DNA of 64,000 bases from a candidate division FCPU426 bacterium (GTDB lineage Bacteria; Oederibacteriota; Muellerivitia; Muellerivitales; Muellerivitaceae): NCBI GenBank assembly GCA_963738405.1, contig CAVTWJ010000022.1, positions 1 to 64,000 of the forward strand. Reading direction: 5' to 3'. Of this stretch, positions 9,044 to 19,628 are shown one piece after another. A model generated the notes under the pieces. The model was not told where the DNA came from. It searched no databases and saw only the letters and a program-made list of their open reading frames with translations. How positions within the stretch are numbered: the first letter of the stretch is position 1; each line of letters opens with the position of its first letter. The translations under genes and the position numbers were made by a program.

Positions 9044-12000
9044 TGCTTCAACACCGCGGCTTTTTTGATGTCCACCCGGCCCGGTTGGATGAGGGCGATG
9101 AGATACAGGCCTGTGGAGGCTTGTTGTCCGTTGTCGTCCAGCCCATTCCAGAAAAGGCTGTAACCGCCGGGGGCCTGCGCGCCCGAGGCCAGGTGGCGGA
9201 TGGTGGAACCGGCCGCATTGTAAATCCGCACCTGCACGTCACCGGCGTTGATTACCCAGTAATCTACCCGAAGAGGCGGGTCGGAAGCATCGTTGAAAAC
9301 GTTCGCGCTCAAGACCAGCGGATATCCAAAAACCGTTGTCGGGGTGGCCGTAGGCGAAAGGGTGATCGTGGGGGACAAGGTGATGGTGGCGGTCGGCGTG
9401 ATCGTGAAGGACGGGGTGGGCGTCGGTGTCCCGGTGTCCGAAGGGGTTATGGTTACTGTCGCCGTGAAAAGGGCTGTTTGGGTCGGTGTATCCGTGGGTG
9501 TGTTGGTGAGGGTCGAAGTCGGGGTCACGGAACTCGTCGCCGTGGGCGTCGCCGAAGAGGTAAAGGTCGGGCTAACCGTGGGGGTGTCCGTGACCGTCAA
9601 GGTAGCGGTAACCGTGGGTGTCTCGGTCGGGCTGGGGATGGTCGTGTAGGTCCCCGTTTCCGTGGGGCTGTCGGTAACCGTGTCGGTTGGGGTCACGGTC
9701 GGGGTTTGGGTTTCCGTCGGGGTCGCGGTAACAGTCGATGAATCGGTAGGCGTTGCCGTCGTCGTAAAGGTCAGGGTGACGGTGGGTGTGTCGGGGACGG
9801 TGGCGGTTTGAGTGACCGTCGAGGTTTGGGTTTCGGTCGTTGTCATGGTGACGGTAGGCGTATCCGTCGGCGTGGCAGTCGATGTGAAGGTCGGGCTGTC
9901 GGTAGGCGTATCCGTGACCGTAAAGGTGGAAGTGGAAGTTGGGCTGTATGTAGGCGTGGCGGTTTCAGTAAAGGTTGGGCTGTCGGTGGGCGTGTCCGTC
10001 ACGGTCGCGGTTTCGGTGTAAGTGGGGCTGTCAGTCGGGGTTTCGGTTTGGGTGAAAGTGGGTGTGGAAGTGGGAGTGTCGGTGGAGCTCGCGGTGGGTG
10101 TATCGGTCGAAGTTACCGTGGGCGTATTAGTGAGGACCGTCGGCGTGTGGGTCGGCGTATCGGTTTCCGTCGAGGTCTCGGTTGGGGTGGGACTGGGGGT
10201 AGCCGTATCCGTCGCGGTCAATGTATCGGTGGAGATGAGCGAATCGGTGGGTGTTTGGGTTTGGGTGAAGGTTGCGGTTGAGGTGGGACTATCGGTGACC
10301 GTTTCGGTTTGGGTCGCGGTCAAGGTTTGCGTTTCTGTCGGGGTATCCGTAACCGTCGGTGAATCGGTAGCCGTTGCCGTCATCGTGTCGCTCGGGGTCT
10401 CCGTGGACGTATTCGTGACGGTATGAGTGGCGGTGTTGGTCGGGGTGTCCGTTGCCGTATTCGTCATCGTGAACGTCTGTGTTTCGGTGGGGCTTTCGGT
10501 AACCGTGTCGGTTGGGGTCATGGTTGGGGTTTGGGTTTCCGTCGGGGTCGCCGTAACCGTCGGGGAATCGGTAAGCGTTGCCGTCGTCGTTTCGCTGGGG
10601 GTTTCCGTGGGCGTGTTCGTGATGGTCTCGGTGGGCGTGGCCGTTTCCGTGTCGGTCGGGGAGTAGGTCTCGGTGGATGTGGGTGTCTGGGTGGATGTGT
10701 TCGTGGCCGTGAAGGTTTGGGTTTCCGTTAGGGTATCGGTGGCGGTAGAGGTCGAAGTAAAGGACGGGGTTTCAGTCAGCGTAGCGGTCGGCGTAAAGGT
10801 CCCAGTGGATGTATAGCTGAACACCGGCGTGAGGGTGGGCGTGGGGGAATCGGTCGGGGTCGGTGTAGTACTAAATGTGGGAGTCTGCGTGCTTGAATCG
10901 GTCGGCGTTTCGGTGGGGGTGATCGTAGGGGTCTGGGTAGGCGAATCGGTTAGGGTCACGGTTGGCGTCTCCGTCAAGGTGGCCGTATCGGTCAAAGAGG
11001 GAGTACTCGTGGGCGTAGCTGTTGGAGTGGCGGTTAGAGTGTCCGTGGGCGTTTCGGTTTGTGTTTGGGTATCCGTTGATGTTGTGGTCAAGGTGGGAGA
11101 AGCGGTCGTGGTCTCAGTTTCGCTTGAAGTGGGAGTAGTGGTTTCCGTATTAGTCAGGGTTTCGGTGGAAGTGTCGGTCAAGGTGGCGGTGGGCGAAGGG
11201 GTTAAGGAGGGTGTCCAACTGGGGGTCGATGTGAAAGTCGGCAGGGGGGTGTCCTGGAAAATCAAAACGCGGGCGTTGAATTCGTCCGTCACGAACAACT
11301 TTTGGTTCCCGAAACAAATGCCCCAGGGATAGGCCAGGGTATTGGCGCCTACACAGCCCCCCTGATTGTAGGTATTGTTGGAAAAGCTCGTTTGTCCCAA
11401 AACCTGGTCGGCAGGGGCGTTATTGGTGACCGGAATACTGTTGTAGATCAAGACCCGTTGATTGGCCGTGTCTGAGATGAAAAGCCGGGTCCCATCGCAC
11501 CAGATCGCCGCGGGCGCGTACAGGGTATTGGCGGCCGGGCTCCCGCCCTGGTTGATGAGGGTCGTCGCCATGTCCGGCTGGCCGATCACCACATTGGCCG
11601 CCGCCCCATTGGAGGCGGGGATGCTGTTATAGATCAAGACCCGGCTGTTGTTCCCGTCCGAGATGAACAAGCGGGTGCCGTCACTGGCGACGCCCGTTGG
11701 AACATTCAAAGTCAGGGAGGAAGGCGCCCCGCCCTGATTGACCAACGTGGAAGCCATATCCGGCTGGCCGATCTCGACATCCGCCGGGGCGTTGAAGGTG
11801 GCGGGCACGCTGTTATAGATCAAGACCCGGTTGTTACCCGAGTCGGCGACGAACAATTGGCTCCCTTTTTTATAAACCCCATAGGGGTTTCGGAGGGTAT
11901 TGGCGGCGGGGGTCCCCCCCTGGTTCATGAGGGTCGTGGCCATGCTGTTCTGTCCGATGACTCCATCCGCATTGGCGGAGTTCGTGACGGGGATGCTGTT

Positions 12001-13539
12001 GAAGATCAGCACCCGGCTGTAGTTGTAATCCGCGATGAACAAACTCGTCCCGTCGCTAAACACCCCCTCGGCGTTCCCCAAGGCGCTGGCCGAGGGAGTG
12101 GTGCTTCCCGTACCCACGATCACATCCGGGGCCGCGAAATTGGTGGCTGGCGCGCTGTTGTAGATCTGGACAAAGCTTTGGGCGCAAACGAAAAACTTAT
12201 TCCCGTCGTAAACACTGCCGGATGGGATATTGAATCCCCGGCCGGTCCCGCCGTCTTGATTAAAGTCGCTCCCCGTGAAATCAACCTGTCCGATCTCCAC
12301 ATTGGCGGAAGGGTCGTCCCCGGCCGGGATGCCGTTGAAGACCAGGACCCGGTTGTTCACCGTATCGGCAATATAAAGATTGGAATTGTCGCAATAGATC
12401 CCATCCGGGTTGTTGAGACTTTGGGGCCCGATCCCGCCCGAGTTGACGGTCGCGCTCACAAAATCGGTTTGTCCCAGCACGAGGCTGGCGGGCGCGTTGT
12501 TGGTCACGGGGATGCCGTTGTAGATCAAGGCCCGGTGATTCGCCGAATCCGCGACATAGAGGTTCACGCCCTGGAAGCACATCTGGGCGGGGCTGGCCAG
12601 GCTGTTCGCCGTCGGGTTGGCTCCCCCCTGGTTGGCCGTGCCGATGGTCATACCGGCCTGGCCCAGGACGGTATCCGCCACCGGGTCGTTCCCGGAAGGG
12701 ATCGTGTTGAAAATGAGGATCCGGTTGTTTCCCCGGTCCCCCACCAGGAGGGTTGTCCCATTGCCATAGACATCCTGGGGACGGGTCATGGATTGGCTGG
12801 TGGGCGGGGAAGGGGCAAGCTTCACGGTCATGGTGCCCTGGCCCAGCACGAAATTGGCCGCGGTGTGATTGACCGTTGGAATGCTGGTGTACATGAGGAC
12901 CCGGTTGTTGGACGAATCCGCAACATAAAGCCGGGTCCCGTCGCTCCATACCCCGGTGGGGGTGTTCATGGTAAAGGAGGTCGGCGCGGGCGCGGTATTG
13001 GTGGTGAAATCGGCTTGGCCGATCTCCACGTCCGCGGGCGGGTTGTTGGTCGTGGGGATGGTGTTATAGATCAACACCCGATGGTTTCCCGAGTCGGCGA
13101 TGAACAAATGGGTCCCGTCGCTGAAAACATCCTGGGGGGATTGCAAGGTATAGGCGCTGGGATGCCCGCCCGCCGTAACCCCCTCATTGGGACCCCCGCC
13201 CGTATTGACGTCGCATTGGCCGATCACCACATCGGCGGATGCGTCGTCAGTCGTGGGGATGGTGTTGTAGATTAAGACTCGGGCATTGAAACGATCCGCC
13301 ACGTAAAGCCGTGTCCCGTCACTAAAGATGCGATAGGGTTGATAGTAGGTATTGCCCAGCGCGTCGGAAGCGAGGCCATTGTGTTGGGTGAAGGTCTTGA
13401 AACCGATCAGCCATTGAGCGGGCTGGTCCAGGGAAAAGGCCCAGAGATCTGCCCCAGGAATGAGAATAAGGAAGAGGAAATAGATCGCGGGGAGAAGGAT
13501 CGTTTTTCGAAAAGGGTTCATTCCATACCAGCGTCTCAT
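9040..13539 (-). CDS. Large secreted NHL-repeat beta-propeller protein with ~600-aa Thr-rich stalk and FlgD-Ig/T9SS-like CTD
   Basis: About a dozen ~60-aa repeats (LF/YxADxxNxRVLIYNxIPxxNxAxADVxIGQ); TPTDSPT repeats; C-terminus IYNAAG..IRHL..WNGLDDNG..ASTGLYL..KKAAVLKQ. Confidence 0.85.
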   Translation of the reverse strand: MRRWYGMNPFRKTILLPAIYFLFLILIPGADLWAFSLDQPAQWLIGFKTFTQHNGLASDALGNTYYQPYRIFSDGTRLYVADRFNARVLIYNTIPTTDDASADVVIGQCDVNTGGGPNEGVTAGGHPSAYTLQSPQDVFSDGTHLFIADSGNHRVLIYNTIPTTNNPPADVEIGQADFTTNTAPAPTSFTMNTPTGVWSDGTRLYVADSSNNRVLMYTSIPTVNHTAANFVLGQGTMTVKLAPSPPTSQSMTRPQDVYGNGTTLLVGDRGNNRILIFNTIPSGNDPVADTVLGQAGMTIGTANQGGANPTANSLASPAQMCFQGVNLYVADSANHRALIYNGIPVTNNAPASLVLGQTDFVSATVNSGGIGPQSLNNPDGIYCDNSNLYIADTVNNRVLVFNGIPAGDDPSANVEIGQVDFTGSDFNQDGGTGRGFNIPSGSVYDGNKFFVCAQSFVQIYNSAPATNFAAPDVIVGTGSTTPSASALGNAEGVFSDGTSLFIADYNYSRVLIFNSIPVTNSANADGVIGQNSMATTLMNQGGTPAANTLRNPYGVYKKGSQLFVADSGNNRVLIYNSVPATFNAPADVEIGQPDMASTLVNQGGAPSSLTLNVPTGVASDGTRLFISDGNNSRVLIYNSIPASNGAAANVVIGQPDMATTLINQGGSPAANTLYAPAAIWCDGTRLFISDTANQRVLIYNSIPVTNNAPADQVLGQTSFSNNTYNQGGCVGANTLAYPWGICFGNQKLFVTDEFNARVLIFQDTPLPTFTSTPSWTPSLTPSPTATLTDTSTETLTNTETTTPTSSETETTTASPTLTTTSTDTQTQTETPTDTLTATPTATPTSTPSLTDTATLTETPTVTLTDSPTQTPTITPTETPTDSSTQTPTFSTTPTPTDSPTPTLTPVFSYTSTGTFTPTATLTETPSFTSTSTATDTLTETQTFTATNTSTQTPTSTETYSPTDTETATPTETITNTPTETPSETTTATLTDSPTVTATPTETQTPTMTPTDTVTESPTETQTFTMTNTATDTPTNTATHTVTNTSTETPSDTMTATATDSPTVTDTPTETQTLTATQTETVTDSPTSTATFTQTQTPTDSLISTDTLTATDTATPSPTPTETSTETDTPTHTPTVLTNTPTVTSTDTPTASSTDTPTSTPTFTQTETPTDSPTYTETATVTDTPTDSPTFTETATPTYSPTSTSTFTVTDTPTDSPTFTSTATPTDTPTVTMTTTETQTSTVTQTATVPDTPTVTLTFTTTATPTDSSTVTATPTETQTPTVTPTDTVTDSPTETGTYTTIPSPTETPTVTATLTVTDTPTVSPTFTSSATPTATSSVTPTSTLTNTPTDTPTQTALFTATVTITPSDTGTPTPTPSFTITPTATITLSPTITLSPTATPTTVFGYPLVLSANVFNDASDPPLRVDYWVINAGDVQVRIYNAAGSTIRHLASGAQAPGGYSLFWNGLDDNGQQASTGLYLIALIQPGRVDIKKAAVLKQ

Positions 13540-13906
13540 GGTTTTATATATCGTCCCTTTCGGGATAGTTAGTTTACCCCAATCCCCTCCCTCTCAAACG
13601 CTTTAGAAAAGGCAAAACACTCAACAAATGCCCTTCAAACACCCCAAAAACGTCAAAAGCCCAAGGCTATTGGCTGAGGGGCTTTTTAGGTTCACCTAAT
13701 TTCTTGCTAGAACCCGAAACTCACTGCGTCGGCGCCGAGCCCTATAAATTTAAATGAAACGGTGTCGAAAAAACCTTGTCATAAATCCCGAGCCGTAAGA
13801 GCCTTTTCCCATTTCCTAAGTGCGCCCCACCCTCGATAATGAACCATCCGTAAGACTCTCTCCGTCGAAAAGTCTCCATCTCTTTGCTGAAAAATAGAAG
13901 GCTCCT

Positions 13907-15037
13907 ATGAAGAATAAAAAGTCCAAGCCGATACCTTTTAACGCGGGCTCCAAGGAATGGGCGATTCCCTTGGAGGAGGTCCTTCAGGATATTTCCTTTT
14001 ACGGCATCTATATCTGTGATCCCCAAGGAAAAATTCTTTTTTGGAACCGGGGTGCGGAAAGTTTGACTGGCTTTTCCCCCCAGGAAAGCGTCGGCCGTTC
14101 CGGAGGATGGCTCCAGTTCGCTGATTCCATGGGCGCGGAACTGATCGGTAAAAACGACCCCTTTCTCAAGTGCATGGAAAGCGGCAAGGAACGCCGTCAA
14201 AAAATTCAGATAAAAACCAAGGCCGGCCACCGCCTCTTGGCTCTGGTCCATTTCCATCCCATCAAGAACCGCCAAGGGAAGGTCCAAGCGGGCATGGTCG
14301 TCTTCCACGACATCAGCAAGGACGAGGACACGATTTGGACCCAAAAAATCGTGAACAACTCCCTCAAGCAGTACGTTTCCAACGCCACTTACCGCGAGGC
14401 CCTGTTCAAAGCCGTCTCCAACAAGCAAACCGAGCCGGAAGTGATTGAACGCACCATCCTCTTCATGGACATGGTCGGTTTCACGGCCTATGCCGAACAA
14501 ACCACGCCCTCCCGGGTGATCCGCACCCTCAACGACCTTTTGAGCCTGGCGGGGGAGGCGGTGCGGGAATGCAAAGGGGACATCGACAAGTTTATCGGCG
14601 ACTCCCTGGTGGCCGTTTTCGGAAATCCGGACAAAGCGGTCCAGGCGGCGCTTCAAATCCGAAATGGGCTCTTCGATCTGAATGACCATCGGGAAAAAAA
14701 GGGGAAGAAACCCATCCAGGTCCGCATCGGCATCAACACCGGCCCCCTCATCCGGGGCGAAATCGGCTCCCTTCACCGCAAGGAGCTCACCGTCATCGGG
14801 GATGTGGTCAACACGGCCGCCAGGGTCCAGACCGAGGCGGAACCGGGCGAAATCCTTATCACCCAAGCCGCCTACGACCTGATGAAGAACAAGAGGGATT
14901 GTTTTCCCGTAGGCCGGGTGGCCCTTAAGGGCAAGAAAAAGCTCGTCACCATCTACCGCATCGGCGGTTTGGCCCGGGTGGAATTGACCTGGATTCCCAA
15001 GTTCATGAACATGTTGTTAAACCGCGACGAGGATTAA
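13907..15037 (+). CDS. PAS domain-containing class III adenylate cyclase
   Basis: PAS (ILFWNRGAESLTGF..E..G); FMDMVGFT, DKFIGDS, RIGINTG, TVIGDVVNTAARVQ, ALKGK. Confidence 0.9.
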   Translation: MKNKKSKPIPFNAGSKEWAIPLEEVLQDISFYGIYICDPQGKILFWNRGAESLTGFSPQESVGRSGGWLQFADSMGAELIGKNDPFLKCMESGKERRQKIQIKTKAGHRLLALVHFHPIKNRQGKVQAGMVVFHDISKDEDTIWTQKIVNNSLKQYVSNATYREALFKAVSNKQTEPEVIERTILFMDMVGFTAYAEQTTPSRVIRTLNDLLSLAGEAVRECKGDIDKFIGDSLVAVFGNPDKAVQAALQIRNGLFDLNDHREKKGKKPIQVRIGINTGPLIRGEIGSLHRKELTVIGDVVNTAARVQTEAEPGEILITQAAYDLMKNKRDCFPVGRVALKGKKKLVTIYRIGGLARVELTWIPKFMNMLLNRDED

Positions 15038-15044
15038 AGGTCAT

Positions 15045-15090
15045 AAAAAAACCCCGGAAGGACCGAATCGCCTTCACGGGGTTTTAAATT
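15045..15090. terminator. Probable bidirectional intrinsic terminator
   Basis: AAAAAACCCCG-GAAGG...CCTTC-A-CGGGGTTTT stem flanked by A/T tracts between convergent genes. Confidence 0.65.
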
Positions 15091-15145
15091 TTTTCACTGC
15101 CCTTAGAACCCCTGGCTTCATACCCGGGGCACCAGCGCTTCATCC

Positions 15146-16102
15146 TTAATTGGTCTTTTTGAATTCCAGGATTTGATAAAGGCTATTGGACACATAAAGG
15201 TTTCCGGAGCCGTCCAGGGTGAGGCCGGAAGGGTAATCCAAGTAACTGGCGCTGCCCAAAATCACCCCGGCGGTATAAGAGTTTCCCGAGGGGTTAAATT
15301 CTTGGATAAAGCCAGGGTTCGCGTTTTGTGAGACCAGTACGTTCCCGGCGCCGTCTACCGCGATTCCAAGCGGTTTGGTCAAGAGGTCAGAACCAAAGGA
15401 GACCGGGCCCGTGCCGTCCGAATTGTAACGGATGATATTTCCAAGACCGTAATTGGCCACAAAAACATGGTTGTTGGAATCCAAGGCCATAAACCCGGGG
15501 CTCGACAGGGCCCCCACGCCCGAGCTGGTAGAGCCGAACATACCCTCGAAGGTGAAAGTTTTGGGGCTTGTGGAACTGTTGATCAAATAGAAGAGGATCG
15601 CCTTCGGACTGGCTTCGACCACATAGAGGGTAGTTCCGGCCGAATTGGTCGCCGCCGACTCCACGGTGGTCAAACCCGTGATTGATGTTTGGTAAGTTCC
15701 ACCAGGGGAAAAGACATAGACGCCAACGTTATAGTCTGAGGCATAAACGGTCCCGTCCGGCCCGACTTTTACGTCGGAAAGCTGGTTAAAACTTGTGGAA
15801 CCGTTGAAGGTGCTGATATAGGTCACTGAGGCGCCCGCCGTGGTGTATTCGTCCAAATACTCTTCAATCGCGTTCGCGAACCATAAGTTGCCGTTGGAGG
15901 GGCTATAGCCAATGCCAAAGGGACCAAACAAGCTCGTTCCGGCCACCACCGTCACCGCCGTGGTGGAATAGTTCGGTTCGGAGGAACCGGAGGAAGCGGG
16001 AGTAGAAGGGCTATTCGAGGAACCGCAGCCGCCCAAAAACCAACCCAACCCTAAAAGGATCAAACCATAGAAATAAGCGGATGATAAGCCATGATGTTTC
16101 AT
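15146..16102 (-). CDS. NHL-repeat beta-propeller lipoprotein
   Basis: Lipobox LGGC; repeats PxGIAVDGAGNV / PSGLTLDGSGNLYVS; GGAGG SD upstream. Confidence 0.8.
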   Translation of the reverse strand: MKHHGLSSAYFYGLILLGLGWFLGGCGSSNSPSTPASSGSSEPNYSTTAVTVVAGTSLFGPFGIGYSPSNGNLWFANAIEEYLDEYTTAGASVTYISTFNGSTSFNQLSDVKVGPDGTVYASDYNVGVYVFSPGGTYQTSITGLTTVESAATNSAGTTLYVVEASPKAILFYLINSSTSPKTFTFEGMFGSTSSGVGALSSPGFMALDSNNHVFVANYGLGNIIRYNSDGTGPVSFGSDLLTKPLGIAVDGAGNVLVSQNANPGFIQEFNPSGNSYTAGVILGSASYLDYPSGLTLDGSGNLYVSNSLYQILEFKKTN

Positions 16103-16291
16103 AGAAAGACCTCCGGTGGATACGCCCCTCCCCCGAGGATGCTTTCAATAAAAGCATGAACGTTCGACAAAAGTTATCAGGTATTGATTCCGCCAAATAT
16201 AAAACCTGCGTTACAAAGCGGCGATCCGGTCGGCTCGAGATCAAGGTTAAACGTTATTCATTTTCCGAATCAAATGTTGAAGGCGCGAATT

Positions 16292-19200
16292 TTAAAACCC
16301 AAAATTCACTCCCCCGCTTACGTTCCCCTCAGTGTAATTCGTCTGGCCAATCTTCCCCTGGTAAGAGGCATAGACATTGAACCCCTTGTCCAACTGGGCG
16401 TTCAGGCCCGCAGCGATAACCGCCGCGTCGGTTCCCATGACCGGGCCGTTGACCGTAAAGTTTCCGCCCGCTCCGATTCTGGCAGTCAAACTATCCTCGT
16501 TTCCCTGAAAGAGATGCTCCCAAGCCGCGCTCAAGGATGGCGTCAAAACCGCTCCCCCGCCTAGGTCCCACGCACGAGAAGCTGAAACCCCCAAGTCGCT
16601 GTTCATGCTATTCCCGCTTTGGGGATTGTAGGTCAGGGGCGCCAGCGAGCCCGTCTCGACAAAGTGGTCAATCGACGCGCTCGAATATTGCTCCGACAGA
16701 TAAGGCCCCACCTCGGCCTCGTCCACATTGAAATCGTAACCAAGACCAAGTTCCTCCGAAACCAACCAGCCCTGGGTGCTTCCGGACGCGGTTCCACCCA
16801 CCGTGGGGCGTTGGGTCGTGTAATTGTTGATGCCCGCCTCAGCCAGGGCGTTCATATGGAACCCTTCCTCCTCCAACCCACCGTAGAGGCCCAACTGCCC
16901 GCCGGTAGCGTTGACCGACGCGGTGGACTGGCTGTTACCGGAAGAGGAGTAGCCGAGCATCAACCCGCCCGCGAATTCTTTCGAGAAGCGGTAGTCCATC
17001 CCCGCCACCATGCCCCCGGTGGAATATTGATAGCCTGGCCCATTGCCGTCGGAAGTCACGGTACCGAAGTCGCCCAAGCCTGAAGCGAAAACGCCCCAGC
17101 GTTCCGGCGTTAAGTTTTTCGCCATGCCCGCCTCCTGCGAAGCTGGCAGGTTGCCCGCGAACCGGGGCCCTTCCCCATTCCAAGCTAGGTCGTTCGACCT
17201 ATTCTCATTCAACAGATTGGCAAGCCGTCCGCCGATCATTCCCGCCTCGGCCTCGGCCAAACTGAATTCCATATGGAACATGGGCGTCAAATTCGCCGGA
17301 GAGATTTGATCGTAATAGCCCGGCAGGGCGGAGTCGGTCTGCGAGTTCAGGTAAGCGAACAAGGTTGTAGTCCCCGCTGTGCCCACCAGCCCGTCCAGGA
17401 CGCCCGCGACCTGTTTTTGGTTATAAGTCAGGGCCAGCGAGGCGAAACTGGGACCCGTTACTTCCAAAAGAACACTGGCGGAATCGTAAACTAAAGTTGC
17501 CGGGTCGCCCGGAATGTTGTCCGTAAAGGTCCCGTAGGTTCCCGTCACGCTTCCCGCGTTCAAGAGGTCGATGGTTTCAGTGTCATGAATATGGAATTGG
17601 AAATTTCCGATAGGGTTCAAGGCCAAGGTCCCGTCCAAGGTGGCCGCCCCCGCGATATTCAGCGGGTTCACCGTTCCGGCGCCCAGGCTCAAATCCAGGG
17701 TACCGCCGGAATTTTGGGTGTAATTTCCCACAATGCTCAAGGGAGCGACCAGAGCCAGGGTCCCTCCGTTGACCGCCACGTTTCCCGCGCCTAAGGCGCT
17801 GAGGTTGTCCGTCATTAGGAGGCCCGCGTTAAGGGCCGTTCCGCCGGTGTAGCTGTTGGCCCCGGAAAGCTCCACCCCTCCTGCGCCGATACTGTTCGTG
17901 ACGGTGAGGCCCCCCGATCCGCTGATCAAGCCCGTCAGAAACGAATTTCCGCCCTTGCAATCGAAGGCCCCACCATTGGAGGTAAGGGTTACGTTTTCGG
18001 AAAGGTTCAGCCCGGTTCCTCTCGACTGCAGGGTCCCTCCGTCCAGCGCCAGGCCGTTGTTGCCAACGTTTCCATTGTTTTGGATTTGAAGGGTGCTGGC
18101 GGCGCTCACCGTAGTCCCGCCCGTGTAGTTATTGGCGCCGGTCAGGGTCAAAGCTCCGCCCGAAACCAAAAGGCTTTCATTACCTGAAATCAGACCGCTG
18201 AAATTGCCCGATGCCACCTGCAAAACGGGGTTCAAACCGCTCATGGTCACCGTGCCCGATCCGTTCAAACTGCCCACCGTGGCATAAGCCGACCCGGCGG
18301 GGCTGAAGGTTCCCACGCTGAGGGAAGATTGACCGCCCGTTCCGCCCTGAACCGACAGGGTGGAGCTGTTATCCAAGACCAAGGTTCCCAAAGAAACGCC
18401 AGCGTTGCCGCCGTCGCCGCCCGTAATGCTCACGGAGGAAAAACCCGCCGTGCCGATTCCGCCGTTGGTATTGATGTTCAAATTTCCGCCAGTCCCGCCC
18501 GAAACGGTCAGGTTGGAAGCGGCCAGCGTCACCGAGGAAGCGGTCACGGACGCGTTTCCGCCTGTTCCGCCCGTGACGGTCATGGGCCCAAAACTATAGA
18601 TGCCGTTGGCCCCGCTGTCGGCTTCAATGCTCACGCTCCCGCCCGTTCCGCCCGTGAGTGAAAAGTTAGAAGAAGAGAAGGAGACCGGCCCGGTGGTGAC
18701 GAGGGCGTTTCCGCCGTTCCCCCCCGAGACCCCCACGTCATTGCCCGCGGTCAGGTTCACGATGCCGTTTGCGGTGTTCACCGCGCCGATACTTACCGCC
18801 CCGCCCGTTCCGCCCGTAAGGCTTAACGAAGCGGTAGAAAGGGTCATGGTTCCCGCCGTCACAGCCGAGTTGCCGCCGGTTCCGCCCAGCACATTGACGG
18901 AGGAGACACAGGTAATGCCGTTATTGCCGTCCGCGAAAAGGCTCACCGCGCCCCCGGTTCCACCGGTCAGGGTCAAGGCGGAGTCCGTGCCCATCGAAAG
19001 GGTTCCAGCCACGGAAACCGAAGCGTCGCCTCCCGAAGCCCCCGAAGCGGAGTCCGTGTAGCCGTTGTTGTCGATGGTCACTCCCCCGCCGTTTCCGCCC
19101 AGGAGGGTGAGTTGAAGGCCCGAATTCTCCAATTGCAAGGAATGGGTTTCCGACAGGGTTACGCTCATGCCCGAGGTGGGGCTGAAAAAGGGGTTTACGG

Positions 19201-19513
19201 TGGTGCTGTCGATGGCGTTAACGACCGGCTGGGCGCCGGAGAGATAAGTGAATATCGCGGAGCCCGTCAGGGTGATGGAAGCTAGGCCGCCCCCAACCGA
19301 ACCCAAGGTGAGGGTTTGGGCCCCGCTGGTAAGCTGGAAATCAATCGTGTTAGTCCCTGAATTGTTGTTCATGGCAAATACCGCAGAGCCCCAATCCTCA
19401 CTCCCCAATAAAAGATCGTCGTTGATGGTCACGGGGGCCGTCACGGAGGCGTGAAGGGCCAGGGGTACGAGAGACAGAATCAGGAAGGCCAGGATAGGAC
19501 GGGATCTTTTCAC
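16292..19513 (-). CDS. Autotransporter (type Va) with glycine-rich and passenger-associated-transport repeats
   Basis: Signal peptide; LTLTGANNYTGGTTV and LSGANSYTGGTALNAG repeats; C-terminal barrel (WGVF..G, GMDYRF, W.H.F) ending GVNFGF. Confidence 0.9.
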   Translation of the reverse strand: MKRSRPILAFLILSLVPLALHASVTAPVTINDDLLLGSEDWGSAVFAMNNNSGTNTIDFQLTSGAQTLTLGSVGGGLASITLTGSAIFTYLSGAQPVVNAIDSTTVNPFFSPTSGMSVTLSETHSLQLENSGLQLTLLGGNGGGVTIDNNGYTDSASGASGGDASVSVAGTLSMGTDSALTLTGGTGGAVSLFADGNNGITCVSSVNVLGGTGGNSAVTAGTMTLSTASLSLTGGTGGAVSIGAVNTANGIVNLTAGNDVGVSGGNGGNALVTTGPVSFSSSNFSLTGGTGGSVSIEADSGANGIYSFGPMTVTGGTGGNASVTASSVTLAASNLTVSGGTGGNLNINTNGGIGTAGFSSVSITGGDGGNAGVSLGTLVLDNSSTLSVQGGTGGQSSLSVGTFSPAGSAYATVGSLNGSGTVTMSGLNPVLQVASGNFSGLISGNESLLVSGGALTLTGANNYTGGTTVSAASTLQIQNNGNVGNNGLALDGGTLQSRGTGLNLSENVTLTSNGGAFDCKGGNSFLTGLISGSGGLTVTNSIGAGGVELSGANSYTGGTALNAGLLMTDNLSALGAGNVAVNGGTLALVAPLSIVGNYTQNSGGTLDLSLGAGTVNPLNIAGAATLDGTLALNPIGNFQFHIHDTETIDLLNAGSVTGTYGTFTDNIPGDPATLVYDSASVLLEVTGPSFASLALTYNQKQVAGVLDGLVGTAGTTTLFAYLNSQTDSALPGYYDQISPANLTPMFHMEFSLAEAEAGMIGGRLANLLNENRSNDLAWNGEGPRFAGNLPASQEAGMAKNLTPERWGVFASGLGDFGTVTSDGNGPGYQYSTGGMVAGMDYRFSKEFAGGLMLGYSSSGNSQSTASVNATGGQLGLYGGLEEEGFHMNALAEAGINNYTTQRPTVGGTASGSTQGWLVSEELGLGYDFNVDEAEVGPYLSEQYSSASIDHFVETGSLAPLTYNPQSGNSMNSDLGVSASRAWDLGGGAVLTPSLSAAWEHLFQGNEDSLTARIGAGGNFTVNGPVMGTDAAVIAAGLNAQLDKGFNVYASYQGKIGQTNYTEGNVSGGVNFGF

Positions 19514-19628
19514 GGAACAACCTCCATAGGTATTTCGGAAATAGGGTGTAACGGAATCGAATTATACGGGGGGAAAAGCAAAATTCATCTATTCAGGCGT
19601 AAGGGACTCGCTGAAAAAGGGCTGATTC

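Noticed and set aside
8021..14866. Long antisense ORFs 8021-9163, 11857-13275 and 13742-14866
   Set aside because: They lie opposite well-supported genes and have no recognisable motifs.
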